Shown: piece after piece, positions 23,951-36,791 of the stretch
How the letters are laid out: each line of letters starts with the position of its first letter
Position numbering within the stretch: position 1 is the first letter of the stretch
DNA from: Lama glama
Lineage: Eukaryota
Direction of reading: 5' to 3'
DNA: 64,000 nucleotides
Assembly: GCA_028534125.1 (NCBI GenBank)
Contig: CM052816.1
Location: 32,614,001-32,678,000 of the forward strand
Made by a program: the position numbers and the translations under genes
The notes under the pieces: model-generated
Told to the model about the DNA's origin: nothing
The model's input: only the letters and a program-made list of their open reading frames with translations
Databases searched by the model: none

Positions 23951-25144
23951 CATGCCCCTGCCACCAGATCAGACAGCCTCTTGAGTGGCCTTGCCCAGTG
24001 AGCATCTGCCAAATGGGCATCAGTCTCTCTGCAACAATTCATTTTACCACTTACATTGGGACACAAAAATATAAGTAGACCAGCACATAGATGTTTTATG
24101 CTCATTCGCAAGTTTTATGAGGATTATGACTAATATTCAGTGTTTGTCTAAAGAAGCATAGCACACACAATTCTCTAAAATGACAAACCTAGAAATTTGT
24201 CTTTAATAAATCAAAGACATCACAATTTTATCATGGGTGGTCAATTTACAAAGTTCTTTTTTTTTTTTACAAAAGGCTTTAGTAAGTTAAAAAGGTAAAA
24301 TATATAAGTTCAAAAAGGATTTAGATAAAATAATAGATCCATAGTGGTTTATAAGAGGAGGCCAAGGATATTTATGATAAATATCCCATCTTTTAAAGTT
24401 GTCAATAAAAGTAATAAATGGTTATTATTGAACAGTTGGAAAGAAGTTTTTAAGTATAAAGAAAATAAAAGCCACCTAATAAAAGCCACCTACCATGGTC
24501 TTACCCTCAAATCCCTCCTCTGTTGAAACTGATGTGGGAAAAGCAGCCTGTCTCTTCCCCAGCAAGTAACTGCAGAGATGAAGTCTGGCCTGCAGGTAGC
24601 AAAAGTCTGATTCCTAGTGTGGAATCTCTGGAGAATTTTTCAGAAAGGGTAGAGCTATGCCCACAGACACTGGAGTGTGGAGACATTTGATCTGAGAAAT
24701 AAGTATCTAGTGCTAATAGGGTAAGGATCTTAAAATCTGAGAAAGACAAGAATAACAAAATAGAGACATGGATACTGGTAAGAAGGAAATGAAAAATGAA
24801 GGGTGGAAGATGAAAAGGGATATGGGTTGATAGTTTAGCTGAGTTCCAGAAATTTGGACACTAAAATCACTTGCATTTTTAAAGACAGCGATTTTGACCC
24901 TTGTAGGAGGAGTCAGGGCACAGCATGAAATGGGACATAAGAAACCGAGCCGCAGGTTATTTCTAAAAAGATGAAAGACCTTACCTCTCCGAAAGCCAGG
25001 AGCTGCACGTCAGTGGCTCCCTGAGCTGTTGCAGACCCACCATGGCCATCACCCTGCCCAGGTCTTCACTCCTGTCTCCCTCTCCATACAGTGTACCCAG
25101 GCTCCTTCAGGGAAGTTTCCAGTGTTGTAGACTGCAGACCTGAA

Positions 25145-25280
25145 TTTAGAACCTTGCTCCTCCCTGTGTGGTCCAGGGACCAGAAGCATCAGCATTGTCC
25201 TGGAGCTTGTTGGGAATGCAGAAGCCCAGGCTTCACTCCAAACCTACAGAACCCACATTTTAACAAGACCCTCAGCTATG
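25145..25280. mobile_element. MER5A-like hAT-Charlie relic
   Basis: 'gtgtggtccagggaccagaagcatcagcattgtcctggagcttgttgggaatgcaga...cattttaacaagaccctc'. Confidence 0.75.
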
Positions 25281-26870
25281 TCCTTGGCTTTTCTTTATGA
25301 CAGTTCCTGACTCATAGCCCTGGCAGTCTTTGGAATGCATCCAATGTCTTTGATCCAGAGCTTGCCCCCTCCAACTCCTGACTCCTTCCCCAGTTTCATC
25401 CCCACCCAACCTGGACACGCTGACCAAAACACTTTCTAGGACCCTCTGCCAGGGATACAGCAATGAACAAACATTCCCTCCCCTCATGGAGCTTACATTC
25501 TGGAGGAGGGAGATAGACTGATAAAAATGAATAAATAGGCAAAAAATGAAAAAGACCAAAAATAAAAACAGGCCTAGCCTTCTGCAAGATCACATCTACC
25601 CAGGTACCAAGGTCAGGGCTGCGTCCTCTGGGTAGAGATCTGCTGACTCCTGCCTGATGTACACCTCCATCCTCTCTCTGCTTGCCAAGGGAAGACAAAG
25701 ACCTTGCTGCCCCCAATGCTAAGACCTGGCATAAAAGATCGATGTTCAGCAGCTCTCAGGGCAGATGGAAACAGTTTGACCTTTCCCAGCAACTGGCCCT
25801 TCTCCAAACAGAATTCTTTCTGGAGATAGTCACATTTTTAAAGTTAACCACATGCTCACCTGTAATATGACCTGGGGTGCTTATTATTGTATTTAATGAA
25901 TGGGGTATAACAGATCAGAGTTTTATAGACAGACCTAATGAGCAGACGTACTTATTTTTTCCAGTCGTAAGACTGCTCCACAGTCTGCTTTGCTGCCTCT
26001 CTGAGGTCACTTCCACACTCAGAGCGTCACGAATGTGAGAGGCAGAGGCAGGTCATCCTTTCTTAAGAGCCAAAGGTGACAGCAGGCTCAGCCCCTGAGG
26101 TGCCACCTGGTTAGTTTGATTTTAAAATTGGGACTTACCAGACTTCATTTTTTTAGAAGTTTTATTATCATTATTTTTGTTCAAACAATATAGTCAATCG
26201 TAAACTAATTTGGAGATTTTCTATTAAGAGAGAAGAAAAGCAGACTACAGAGAGTCTGCTGAACGGGAAAGGGAAGGAAGCGGAGAGAGTTTTTTCCGCC
26301 GTACAGGTGCAACCTTAGCTCTGATGCCTCCCATCAATCAGAATGAAAGAACAGTCTCTTTCTCTCTTCTTCATAGCCCCAATTTACTTTTTAAAATTCT
26401 GTAGCCTGGTATGTTTACAGAAATCCACCCAGGCTTACAGAGTTATATTTCTTTCTTCCGGAAAGATTTTGATTTTACGGTTTCAAAAAGTACCCCTATC
26501 ATGTCTAGCCTAAAAGGAATAACTGTTTACACTTCCTTTCGTTCTCCTAATCTTTATCCACAGACACATACTCTTCACATGATTCGTATCATAGAGCATG
26601 TATGATTCTGTGTTTCTAATGGAGATTTTTTTTCAAGTCATCAGGTATGGCTTGAGCCCCTATTCTCTAATTCTTACATTTCAAGATAGAAGTCTTTTTT
26701 AATTTTAAAGTGATTTAGGTTATAAAAACTGAGTCGCAAGAGCTGCTTCAAGTGGAATATCTGTTTCACTTAGTTTCTGGGTTAAGAGACTCCACGGTGT
26801 CTTCTTGAAGTCATAAGCTCCCTGGTTGTCTGACTCTGCCCTTTGATCCATGTCCTTCATGCAAAATTTC

Positions 26871-27008
26871 TCTTTTTTGGGGGGGGAGGGTAATTAGGTT
26901 GATGTATTTAATTATTATTGTTATTTATTAATGGAGGTACTGGGGATTGAACCCAGGACCTCATGCATGCTAAGCACATGCTCTACCACTTGAGCTATAC
27001 CCTCCCCC
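26871..27008 (-). mobile_element. tRNA-Ala-derived camelid-type SINE
   Basis: Reverse complement head gggggagggtatagctcaagtggtagagcatgtgcttagcatgcatgaggtcctgggttcaatccccagtacctcca; degenerate TSD catgcaaaatttct/catgcagtgtttct. Confidence 0.93.
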
Positions 27009-27600
27009 ACATGCAGTGTTTCTAAGATGAAGTGCCAATGTGAACTTTATAGGAGAAAAATACTTTGTAAAGAGTTCAAACAGAGAAAATTAAGACTGTG
27101 TACCTAGTGATGCGGAAGATCATTTCCAATCAGCTTGAACCAGAGGGAGGACAGTCGTGGTGCTGGTGACTGAGGGATCTAACAATCCAGAGAATCCTAG
27201 AGGAGTTTTAGAAGCAGGTGGAAAAAAGCGAAGAGGTTCTTGGAGACGGCATCAAAGCCTTCCTTTGTCTAGAACTTGTTAAAGTAATTCTATCAACCAA
27301 AAGCATTAACCTCCCACCTTGTTCTCTTTATGGATAAAACGTGAAGGGAAAAGACGTGCTGAACAACTTCCCTTTTCACTGTTGTCCAAGAAATAAATTG
27401 AAAAAAGATTCCCTAGATCCCCTATGACTTAACATATAATAGAAAGGAGTAAATAGCAAAGTTTAACATATTATGGCATGTTCAAGGCAAAGAGTTAACT
27501 CCAGAGGTCTTTAGTATGGTGAATTTAAAATGCATATAAAAAAAGGAGAGCAAATTCAAATTGACCAAAAAGAACCAAAGTAGGAAATGGAAAATCCTGA

Positions 27601-28030
27601 TGCAATCCTATTATTTATGTACTGCTGCTTAACAAATGACCCCAAAACTTGGTGGCTTAAAATGACATTTCTTTTGAGTTTTGGGGAGTTGGGAATTTGG
27701 GAACAGCTTAGCTGGGTGGTTCTGACTCTGGGTCCTCTAGAAAGGGCTTAATTGGGGCTGGAGTGTCACTTATGCAGCTGCTGTCTGGAGGCTTCAGGTC
27801 CTTGCTGGCTGTTCACAGAATCATTATGTGAGCTCTCCATCAAGCTGCTGAGTGAGAGAGAGGGAGCAAGAAGAAAGTTAGGATGCCTGTCTTGACCTAA
27901 TCACAAATCTTCACTTCCACTGTATTCTATTTGTTAGAAGACAGCCCAGCCCATGCTCAAGAGGGAGGGGAATTCACTTCTGCCGTTTAGGAGGAGGATA
28001 TCAAAGAATTTGTGAATATATTTTTAAATT
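27601..28030 (-). mobile_element. MaLR LTR (MLT1F-like)
   Basis: 'ttaacaaatgaccccaaaacttggtggcttaaa...cagcttagctgggtggttctg...cacttccactgtattctatttgttagaag...caaagaatttgtgaatatatttttaaa'. Confidence 0.75.
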
Positions 28031-28599
28031 CAAGGACAACAAGCTTTTGAAACTGTGGAGTTGGAGATATGAAAGTAGAGAGAGCTGCAGATGGGCACCA
28101 GCTTTGATAACAGAGCACAGAAGCTAGATACACAGAAAACTCAGCTCCTAGCCTCACTGCCACTCCCAGAAGCTGTAGAAGACAGTCAGCAGAATCCTTA
28201 GGACGCTCACCAGTACTCCCAAATCCAGAGAGAAATATATTGAGTGTGTATGTATATCCCTTTCATCTTCTTACTGAGGATTAGTGAAAATGGGTGTGGA
28301 GAGAAAGGGATAAAATAAAGAAGGGGGCAATGGTGTTGACTCTCTCTGGAAAGCATGAAAAGTCTGCAGAGTTCCAGGCTGAACTGGGGAAACCATCCCA
28401 AACCAAAAGGTGTCTGTCCACATTGCAGGGGCCCAAACCACAGCCCCTCAGCCATCACAGTTCCCGTGTCTACTTTTCAGGTTTCCAGCTCCAAGCTCCT
28501 GCAGCTTTCTGAGGGTTTTGTTTTGTTTTTGTTTCTGTTTTTGACCAGCAGAGCCCACATGGAATTATTGCCTCCTCCCAGCAAAGCTCAAGCAGTGAC

Positions 28600-28855
28600 T
28601 GACAACCAGAAGTAAATGTCCAAATCGTCTGCTATCAATGATGCTGACTCCGATACTGTTCTGTCCTGCCTCCCAGGGCTCCCTGGTTGCCCACCAAGGA
28701 ACTGACTCCAAGCGTATGATTTACTGCCTTCCTTCCCTGCCCTCCCTCACTTTTTCACCTCATACCAGTGCTTCATGGGATCACATCTCAAATAAACCAC
28801 CTCTACTAATTTCCTTCCTTCAGGTTCTGCTTCTTTGGAAACCCAACCTACAAAC
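28600..28855 (+). mobile_element. ERVL LTR16-like 3' fragment
   Basis: 'ccagtgcttcatgggatcacatctcaaataaaccacct...tcaggttctgcttctttggaaacccaacc'. Confidence 0.65.
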
Positions 28856-29122
28856 CACTGAAAAGAATGGAATATAAACCCAAAAGAAGAGGATAAACCC
28901 TGGCACAGGACAATTAACAAAATCCCAGAAGAGAAGGTAGAACCCAGGTAAGGTCAAAGATAGCACAACAATCATTATCTATAAATAGTATGATTACATT
29001 TTTATGAAAATACTCTTTTCTTGCTCTCCATCTATCCAGTCAACCAGCCAGCCCTCTATTCATCCATCTCTTATGCACCTATCTGTAGACACATATAGAA
29101 AGATGTTTAAAATCATGCTCTT

Positions 29123-30118
29123 TAAAAAAAAATTTTTTTATTAAGGTATAGTTGATTTACAATGTTGTGTTTGTTTCTGGTGTACGGCATAGTGATTCAG
29201 TTATACATATGTATTTTTTTTCATATTTTCCATTATCATATATTACAGGATATTGAATATAGTTCCCTGTGCTATACAGTAGGACCTTATTAGTTATCTA
29301 TTTTATATACAATAATTTGTATCTGTAAATCCCAAACTTCTAATTTATCCCTCCCCCACCCCCTTTCCCCATTGGAAACTGTAAGTTTGTTTTCTGTGTA
29401 TATGAGTCTGTTTCTGTTTTAGAAATAGGTTCATTTGTATTATTTTTTTAGATTCCATATATAAGTGTTACCATGTGATATTTGTCTTTTTCTGTCTGAC
29501 TTAATTCACTTAGTATGGTAATCTCTAGGTCCATCCATGTTGCTGCAAATAGCGTTATTTCATTCTTTTTTATGGCTGAGTACTATTCCATTGTGTATAT
29601 ATACCACCTCTTCTTTTTTCATTCATCTGTCATTGGATGTTTAGATTGCTTCTAAGACTTGGCTATTGTAGATAGTGCTGATATGAACACTGGGATGCAT
29701 GTATCTTTTCAAATTAGAGTTTTGTCTGGATATATGCCCAGAAGTGGGATTGATTGATCATATTATAGCTCTATATCTTTAGTTTTTTAAGGAATCTCCA
29801 TACTGTTTTCCGAAGTGGCTGCACCAAATTATCCATATCCTCTCCAGCATCTGTTTTTTGTCAACTTTTTAATGATGGCTGTTCTGGCTGGTGTGAGGTG
29901 GTACCTCATTGTAGTTTTGATTTGCATGCCTCTAATAATTAGTGACAGTGAGCATCTTTTTATTAGCCTATTAGCCATCTGTATGTCTTCTTTGGAGAAA
30001 TGTCTCTTTGGGTTGTCTGCCCATTTTTGATTGGGTTACTTGGGCTTTTGTAATTGAGTTGTATGAGCTGTTTGTATATTTTGGAAATTAAGCCCTTGTT
30101 GGTTGCATCATTTGCAAA
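29123..30118 (-). mobile_element. 5'-truncated L1 with perfect TSD, inserted in an older L1ME relic
   Basis: Antisense L1 ORF2 end and 3'UTR; 17-bp tttaaaatcatgctctt at 29106-29122 and 30119-30135. Confidence 0.95.
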
Positions 30119-30642
30119 TTTAAAATCATGCTCTTCTACTGTTAATTCTAGTTATATCTGGATGGTGCAACCTAAGTTGTTTTTAACCTTTATATGTAGC
30201 TTTCTTCAATGTATACATTCTTTATAATAAGCATGCACCATTCTAACAAAAACAATAGTGATATCTTACTTTAAATCACAAAGACTGGAAACAAATATGC
30301 CAAGAGGGGAGTAAGAGTAGTTTATATGAAATTGTGTGACTATAGATGACTTTGATTTTCCTTTATGACATTTTTGTATTTTTAGTGAGAAACTATTTTC
30401 TCTTCCTCATCCCTATCAAATCAGTAATAATGAGTTTTTAAATTGAAAATACACGGTGTTTGTGAAAAACAGCAAAATAGGCAGTTTTGTATATTACTAG
30501 GCAGGGAGAAGGGTAATTTAAAGCAGTTCATTGGTAAATTGGAAAATTTTTTCAGGGAAGTAAATTGACAGTGTAAATCAGAGGTCTTAAAAATATCTAT
30601 GCTTTTGATCCAGTAATTCTGCTTCTATGTATTTAGCTTAAG

Positions 30643-30766
30643 GCAGTGTTTCCTAAAGCATGGTCCTAGCATCAGAATCTCCTGGACTCCCCTAAAGATG
30701 TTGGAAATTTTGCATTAACCAGATCTCCTAATAATTCTTGCATACATTAAAGCTTAAGCACCACTG
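30643..30766. mobile_element. MER5-like hAT-Charlie relic
   Basis: 'cagtgtttcctaaagcatggtcc...catcagaatctcctgg...taattcttgcatacattaaagcttaagcaccactg' with CAGTG/CACTG ends. Confidence 0.7.
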
Positions 30767-33088
30767 GCCTGGACAAATGAGACTCATTTATTAATGCTTA
30801 TTAAGTCCCTATGAAGAATCGGCTCTATTCTATGCACTGGGGACACAGCCATAAAAAACAGAAAAATTCCTTGTGCTCATGGAGCTAAATTTTTTTTTAC
30901 TCAAAATTTTATACTAATGTATTCATTACAGTATTATTGATAATAAAAAATAGAAAGTACTTATGATAAAAAAATACTCAATGATATTCCAAAGAATGAT
31001 CCCTTTTATTAAATATATGCATGCATTGATAAAAAGACTAAAGAAATTATCTATAATCAGAAGTATTAATCTTGATTATCTCTGTAAAACATGACTATAG
31101 ATTATTTTTATTTCTTCTTCATGTTTTTTGGTTTTTCTAAATTCCTAAAATAAATATGAATTACTGACATAATCAGAAGAAATGCAATATTTTAAAAAGT
31201 TGATTTAATCACCAGAGGAAATGAGAGCTTTCCAGAGCTAAGTCTGTCTTTTAAAATATGTTTTGCTTTAACGATATTAATATACAGTTACTTTCATTTA
31301 TGAACTAAACCTTAGAACTTTTGATTCCATTTTGGGAGCTAGTTCATTTGCAATTTCAGTCTGACTTAAGATGAGCTTTCAAATTCTCTGTGAAAGGAAG
31401 ATGTTGGACTAGCAGGTGAACCCTAAGTACTTCCCAGCTCTAACAAATGAAGAGTTAAAGAAGATTCTAAACTTTTTTTTCTTAAACCTTTAATCTTTGT
31501 GCTTTTTGTAAACTTCAAATGTAAGACTAATTGTCATGGAAAAATATTAGAAACATACAGTTTCCTATTTCTGCCAACTTCTATCGCAGGAGAAGAAAAA
31601 TAATTAGGAGCACTCAGGTTCTGCTCTTTTCATGCCTGTCCTATCCCCAGACAACTCTACTCCCAGCTGGACAGTGGAAATTTAGGAAGGTTGAACTGCT
31701 GCATCAAGTAAGTAGCAAAGGACTTACTTGGATACTAATATCTCTCCAGGTCTTGGTGGGAGATTTTGGTAGAATTATTGATATTGTTAAGCTAGTGTAG
31801 ATAGTTGCTTTAAATTAAGTGGGGGAGATGGTTAATTAAAAATGATTTTTTCCCATCTAATCTAAAAATCAGACTAGAAAACTGGATTTTTTTATGGCTT
31901 TGGAGGAAAAAAGCAAAAACTGTTTGAGGTCAGCACAATTCTGTCAATACCCAAGTTGGAGAAGTTGGAAAGTTATGCTGTTTTTACTTAGCCTCATCTT
32001 GTTCTCAGTAATTGCTTCCTTTCAACCGTAAAGTTGTTTAGTGTAGGAGAGATATTCCAAGGTTTCTCTTTATATTCGCTACTGCAAGATCCCATTTTAG
32101 CATAATTACAGTCTTGGAGTTGCAGAGACAGGCTCACTCTATCTAGCTGTGCAGCTGGCTTTCTCAAATGACAATGGGATACTCACCAGCTTAGCAACGT
32201 CCAAGGCTGTGAGCCAGGGGGAAGGCCCTCATGCTGAAATTTTGCCCTTTCTTTGTCTGTATTTCCTCCACAAAAATGGGGAAATGGTTTAGAATTTTAA
32301 AAAGCACAGTTTTTATTCTCTTAGGGGCATGCTGAGCTTCAAATGCAGATTTTAGAATCCCAAATCAGAGATTATTCATTTTTATATCTTAAACTGATAT
32401 TGCAGAGCAAAAGCCACGAAAAAAAGAAAAAAGAAAAATGACTTTTGCAGTACTTTTTTCCTTGTCCTTCTTCTTATGTTTCTTTTTTCTTTCTGTGAGA
32501 AGACTCTTTTAAAGAAAGTCTAAATTTGCTTGCCTTTTCTACTTGTAGGGTGATTCCACATTTTGCTTGCTTATTTGCTACAGAAGTTCTTTCCATGATT
32601 TGATAATCAATAACTATTCACATTCAACCCTCAGTTATCTACTTATAGACTTCTGCTTACATATACTCTGACTTCCCTGCTTCTCAGTTAGAACCAGGCC
32701 CCCTCCTGTCTTCTACCGAGCTCACTTGGATGTGTTGCGCTCTGGCCTCAAGTTCTGTACATTTTTCCTTCACACAAATTCATGAATACATCCCCTTTCT
32801 CTTTCACTTATCACAACCTTAGTTTGGGTCTTTATACCTCTTTTCTCAGTTATTACAAAAGCTTCCTAAATGGTCCATCTACTTCTAGGCTTCCCTGTCC
32901 AACTTTTGAAGGTTTCATATGAACTTTCTTATAGCACCAAAGAGGAATGAACAAAAAAGACTTATCAGCCATCCATTATGTGTCAGGTGCCAAAACTGAC
33001 ACTTGCAGAGGTGAGACACTGTCATGGGTGGACTTTCTGCTCTCATCAAATTGATGTCTTTTCTGTCTCAGAAACAGGTTCCATATAA

Positions 33089-33319
33089 TAGTGGTTCTTA
33101 GGTGGGAGGCAGGGGGTTCTATCTTGCCCTCCTGGGGAGGTTTTGAAATTTCTGGAGACATTTGTGATTATTCCAATTGGGATGGAGAAGGGAGTTACTG
33201 TCATCTAGGATGTAGAGGCCAGGAATGCAGTGCAGCATCCTTCAGTGAACAGGACAGCTCCCTACAACTAAAATAGCACAGTACAAAGTGTCAGTGGTGC
33301 CAAGATTGAGAAATTCCGC
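33089..33319. mobile_element. MER20 hAT-Charlie element
   Basis: 'agtggttctta...tttctggagacatttgtgatt...actgtcatctaggatgtagaggccaggaatgc...gtcagtggtgccaagattgagaaa'. Confidence 0.85.
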
Positions 33320-33834
33320 ACCTGTTAATAGTTAACTAATGAATTGCCCCCTCAGTTCAATGCCTGCTATCTCCATATAATCAAATCCTACTCATTCTCC
33401 AAAACTTGCTTCAACTCCAGTTCTCTCTCTGAATTGCTGAGGTACTTTTGGTCTGTAGTACTCCCAGTGCAGGTCTCATTTTCCTTTGGAGCTAGTGGCT
33501 CTGTGTCCCATGCACTCTGTCTCGTCAGGGTTTTGCTGCAAGTCACTGGGGTCATAGTCTACTTCATTGTTCACACTACCCAGCACAGGGCCCCACATAT
33601 ATTACACAATTAGTAAATACTTGTAACTCAAAAGTTGAATCCATTAGTGCCGAAACTGACAGTTAAAGTAGTCAGAGGAGAACTTGCTGCAGAGTTGAGA
33701 TTAGGGCGGTTCATCTACAACAATTGATTTAGAGCGAAGCCAAGGGAAATGATAATATAAAGAAAGAAACGGACAAAGACATCAGGATGTACTGCCTAGG
33801 ATAAAAGAGTTTGAATGTGCACTTCACCAGATCA

Positions 33835-34835
33835 TTTTATTATGGTAAAATACACAAATAGCAAAATTTGTCTTTTTAGCCATTTTTAAGTGTACAGTTC
33901 AGTTGAACATTCATATTGTGCAACTATTGCCACCACCCATCTCCAAAACTTTTTTCATCTTACAAAACTAAAACTCTATAAAAGAAAAGAAACTCATTAA
34001 AAAATAACTCCCTTTTCTCCTTTCCTCCACTCCCTAGCAACCACCATTCTATCTTCTGTCATTATTTTCTTTCCATTCTGTGGGTTACCTTTTCATTCTG
34101 TTGATAGTGTCCTTTGATGCACAAAATTTTAAAAAATCTCAATGAAGTTCAATTTACCTATTTTTTTTCTTTTGCTGCCTGTGCTTTTAGTTTCACATAT
34201 GAGAAATTATTGCCAAATTCTATATCCATGAAGATTTTTCTGTTTTCTTCCAAGAGTTTTATGGTTTTTGCTCTTATGTTTAGGTCTTTGATCCATTTGA
34301 GTGAATTTTTGTATATGGTGTAAGGTAAGCACTCAACTTCATTCTTTTGCATATGGATATCTAGTTTTCCCAACACCATTGACTGAAATAACTTCCTTTT
34401 CTCATTCAATGATCTTGGCATCTTTGTTTCAAATCATTTGACAATATATGAGACGGTTTATCTCTGAGTGTCCTATTCTGTTTCTTTTGTTTATATGTCA
34501 GTCTTTATGCCAGTACCACACTGATTGATTACCAGGGTTTTGTAAGTTTTGAAATCAGGAAATGTGAGACCTTCAACTTTGCTCTTCTTTTTAAAGATTG
34601 TTTTGCTATTTGGGATCCCTTGAGATCCCACAGGAATTTTAGCATGAATTTTTCTATTTATGAAATCAGTGTTGTTTGAATTTTGATAGAGATTGTATTG
34701 AATCTGTAGATCATTTTGGGTAGTACTGACATCTTAACAATATTACACCTTCCAATCCATGAACACTGAAAGTCTTTCCATTTATTTGTGTCTCCTTTAA
34801 TTTCTTTCAACAACATTTTATAGTTTTCAGAATTT
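33835..34835 (-). mobile_element. Old L1 (L1MA/MB-type) with an internal deletion near 34060
   Basis: Minus ORFs give L1 ORF2 peptides ([59 protein letters not shown]); 3'UTR at 33835-34060. Confidence 0.9.
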
Positions 34836-36100
34836 GAATCAATCAAATTCTTTTTAAAAAGAAGTTTTTTTTCCAAACAATATAATGAGAACAGTAATGG
34901 AAATTTTAAAATAGAAATTATTCATCCCAAATCTCACTTCCCAAGAAATCATTTGGCCTCATTTTCCCCGTGTCCCCTTCTAGTCTTACCTGCATGTATA
35001 TATGATATCAACATAATTGCAATCATTTTGTGAATCCAATTTTGAACCTTGATTTCTTTACTTATTATTGTACTCTACTCATTTTCCGTGTTGTCATATA
35101 GTCACTTTAACAGATTCTAAGGATCCTATACCAACAGTGAACTCTATCTGGGAGCAGGAGAGGACAGCCAGTGGCCTGAGCTTTGGGGTAGGGGTAGGGA
35201 TGACAATTTTTTTTTTAACTTCCCAAGGTAGTAGAAATCAGTAGTACTTCCTAAGCAAAATGAAAGCAAGATATTTAGAGATTGTTTTGGGGAACCTGTG
35301 TAAGTGCTTGAAAGAGAATAGTTACAATTCAAGAAAATATATTGACTGACTTTACTGATGCTGTCTCTGAATATTCTCTAACCCTAACTCTAAAATGTAG
35401 CATTTAATATTTGGAAATCATCTTGAAAGACAAGAATCCCAAAGGGTCAAGAACATTTATTTTCTACACTTATCACAGTGGATGACTGAGATATTTATGT
35501 CCATCTGTAACTTTTAGTTACCCAGTTTTCAAGAGCTGTTCAGAAATTCTATGAAAGTGGATAAAATGAAAATAGGTTTTTTTTGTAATACAAAAAGCCA
35601 TTTTAGTAATATTTGATTTTATCACCTTTCTTGGAATGAAAAACTAAGCTGACAGTGCTAAGTGTTGAACTGGGAGGTATGAATTGGTAAAGACAGGTTT
35701 GGGAAGACTTGCCATGCCAAAGTTTATAATCAGAGTAGTGAACATGCCCCTACGGCGAAAGCAGCCTTGTCTCCTAGAATTAACTCCCCTCAAGTAGTTA
35801 GAGGAACCTGTACATACTTGACTGCACTGATGAAAAGCTACAGCTTCACCTTTCCTTTTACAAGATTTATACCATTTCTTGGATGAATTTGAGGACTGAT
35901 GAAATATAAGCATGGATCTTGGGTTCTTTCTTTCTCTGGCTGCCTGCCCCCCCCCTTTTTTTCTTAATTTAGGGACACTGTATTTGTAATCAGACTTACT
36001 AAAGACATTATGGACAAAAAAATCCTAGCAAGTGTTTTTCTTTTTCTTTGTCATCATCATCATCATCACTAGAGATTTTTATTCCAGTTTTAGAAGTATT

Positions 36101-36273
36101 TTTTGTTGTTGTTGTTGTTGTTTTAATATTTTTATTTATTATTGTATTACTTAATTTATTTTGGCTAGGGGAGGTAATTAAATTTATTTATTTTTGGAGG
36201 AGGTACTGGGGATTGAACTCAGGATCTCGTGCATGTTAAGCACGCACTCTACCATTTGAGCTATACCCTCCCC
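36101..36273 (-). mobile_element. tRNA-Ala-derived camelid-type SINE with (CAA)n in its tail
   Basis: 'ggaggtactggggattgaactcagg...ctctaccatttgagctataccctcccc'; TSD tagaagtattt/tagaactattt. Confidence 0.92.
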
Positions 36274-36654
36274 TAGAACTATTTGTATTATCTTAATAAG
36301 TCATATTTTTTTTATCACCGTTTTCGCCACGTTCAGGAATTAAAACATGGATAAAGCAATCACAGTGTTCCTTTTTTTAACATCTTTATTATGGTATAAT
36401 TCCCGTACAGTAAGCTACACATATTAAGATGTACAATTTGATGATTTTTGATAGCTGTATACACCTATGAAACCACCTTTTAATGTTTGCTTTCCCACTC
36501 AGTTTAAAAAATGAATATATTTTGACAGTCTGGGATTAAGACTTTTTTTTATTACGCCTAGAGACCAGCGCTGAAAGATCTGAAATCTTACTTAAAGAGG
36601 TTAAAATAACAAATACCCCACTGAATAGCTCCTGGAGAACTGGTTAGCTTAACT

Positions 36655-36791
36655 GTTTTTTTTTTTTCTTTGAGGGGGAGGGCGTAATTTATTTCATTTA
36701 TTTATTTTTAGAGGAGGTACTGGGGATTGAACCCAGGACCCTTGTGCATGCTAAGCATGTGCTCTATCACTTGAGCTATACCCTTACCCCC
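36655..36791 (-). mobile_element. tRNA-Ala-derived camelid-type SINE
   Basis: 'gaggtactggggattgaacccaggacccttgtgcatgctaagcatgtgctctatcacttgagctataccct' with a poly-T on the left. Confidence 0.92.

Noticed and set aside
26932..27008. tRNA-Ala(AGC) gene call (also for the other SINE heads)
   Set aside because: Each has the SINE body and A-rich tail, and most have a TSD; they are retroposons rather than tRNA genes
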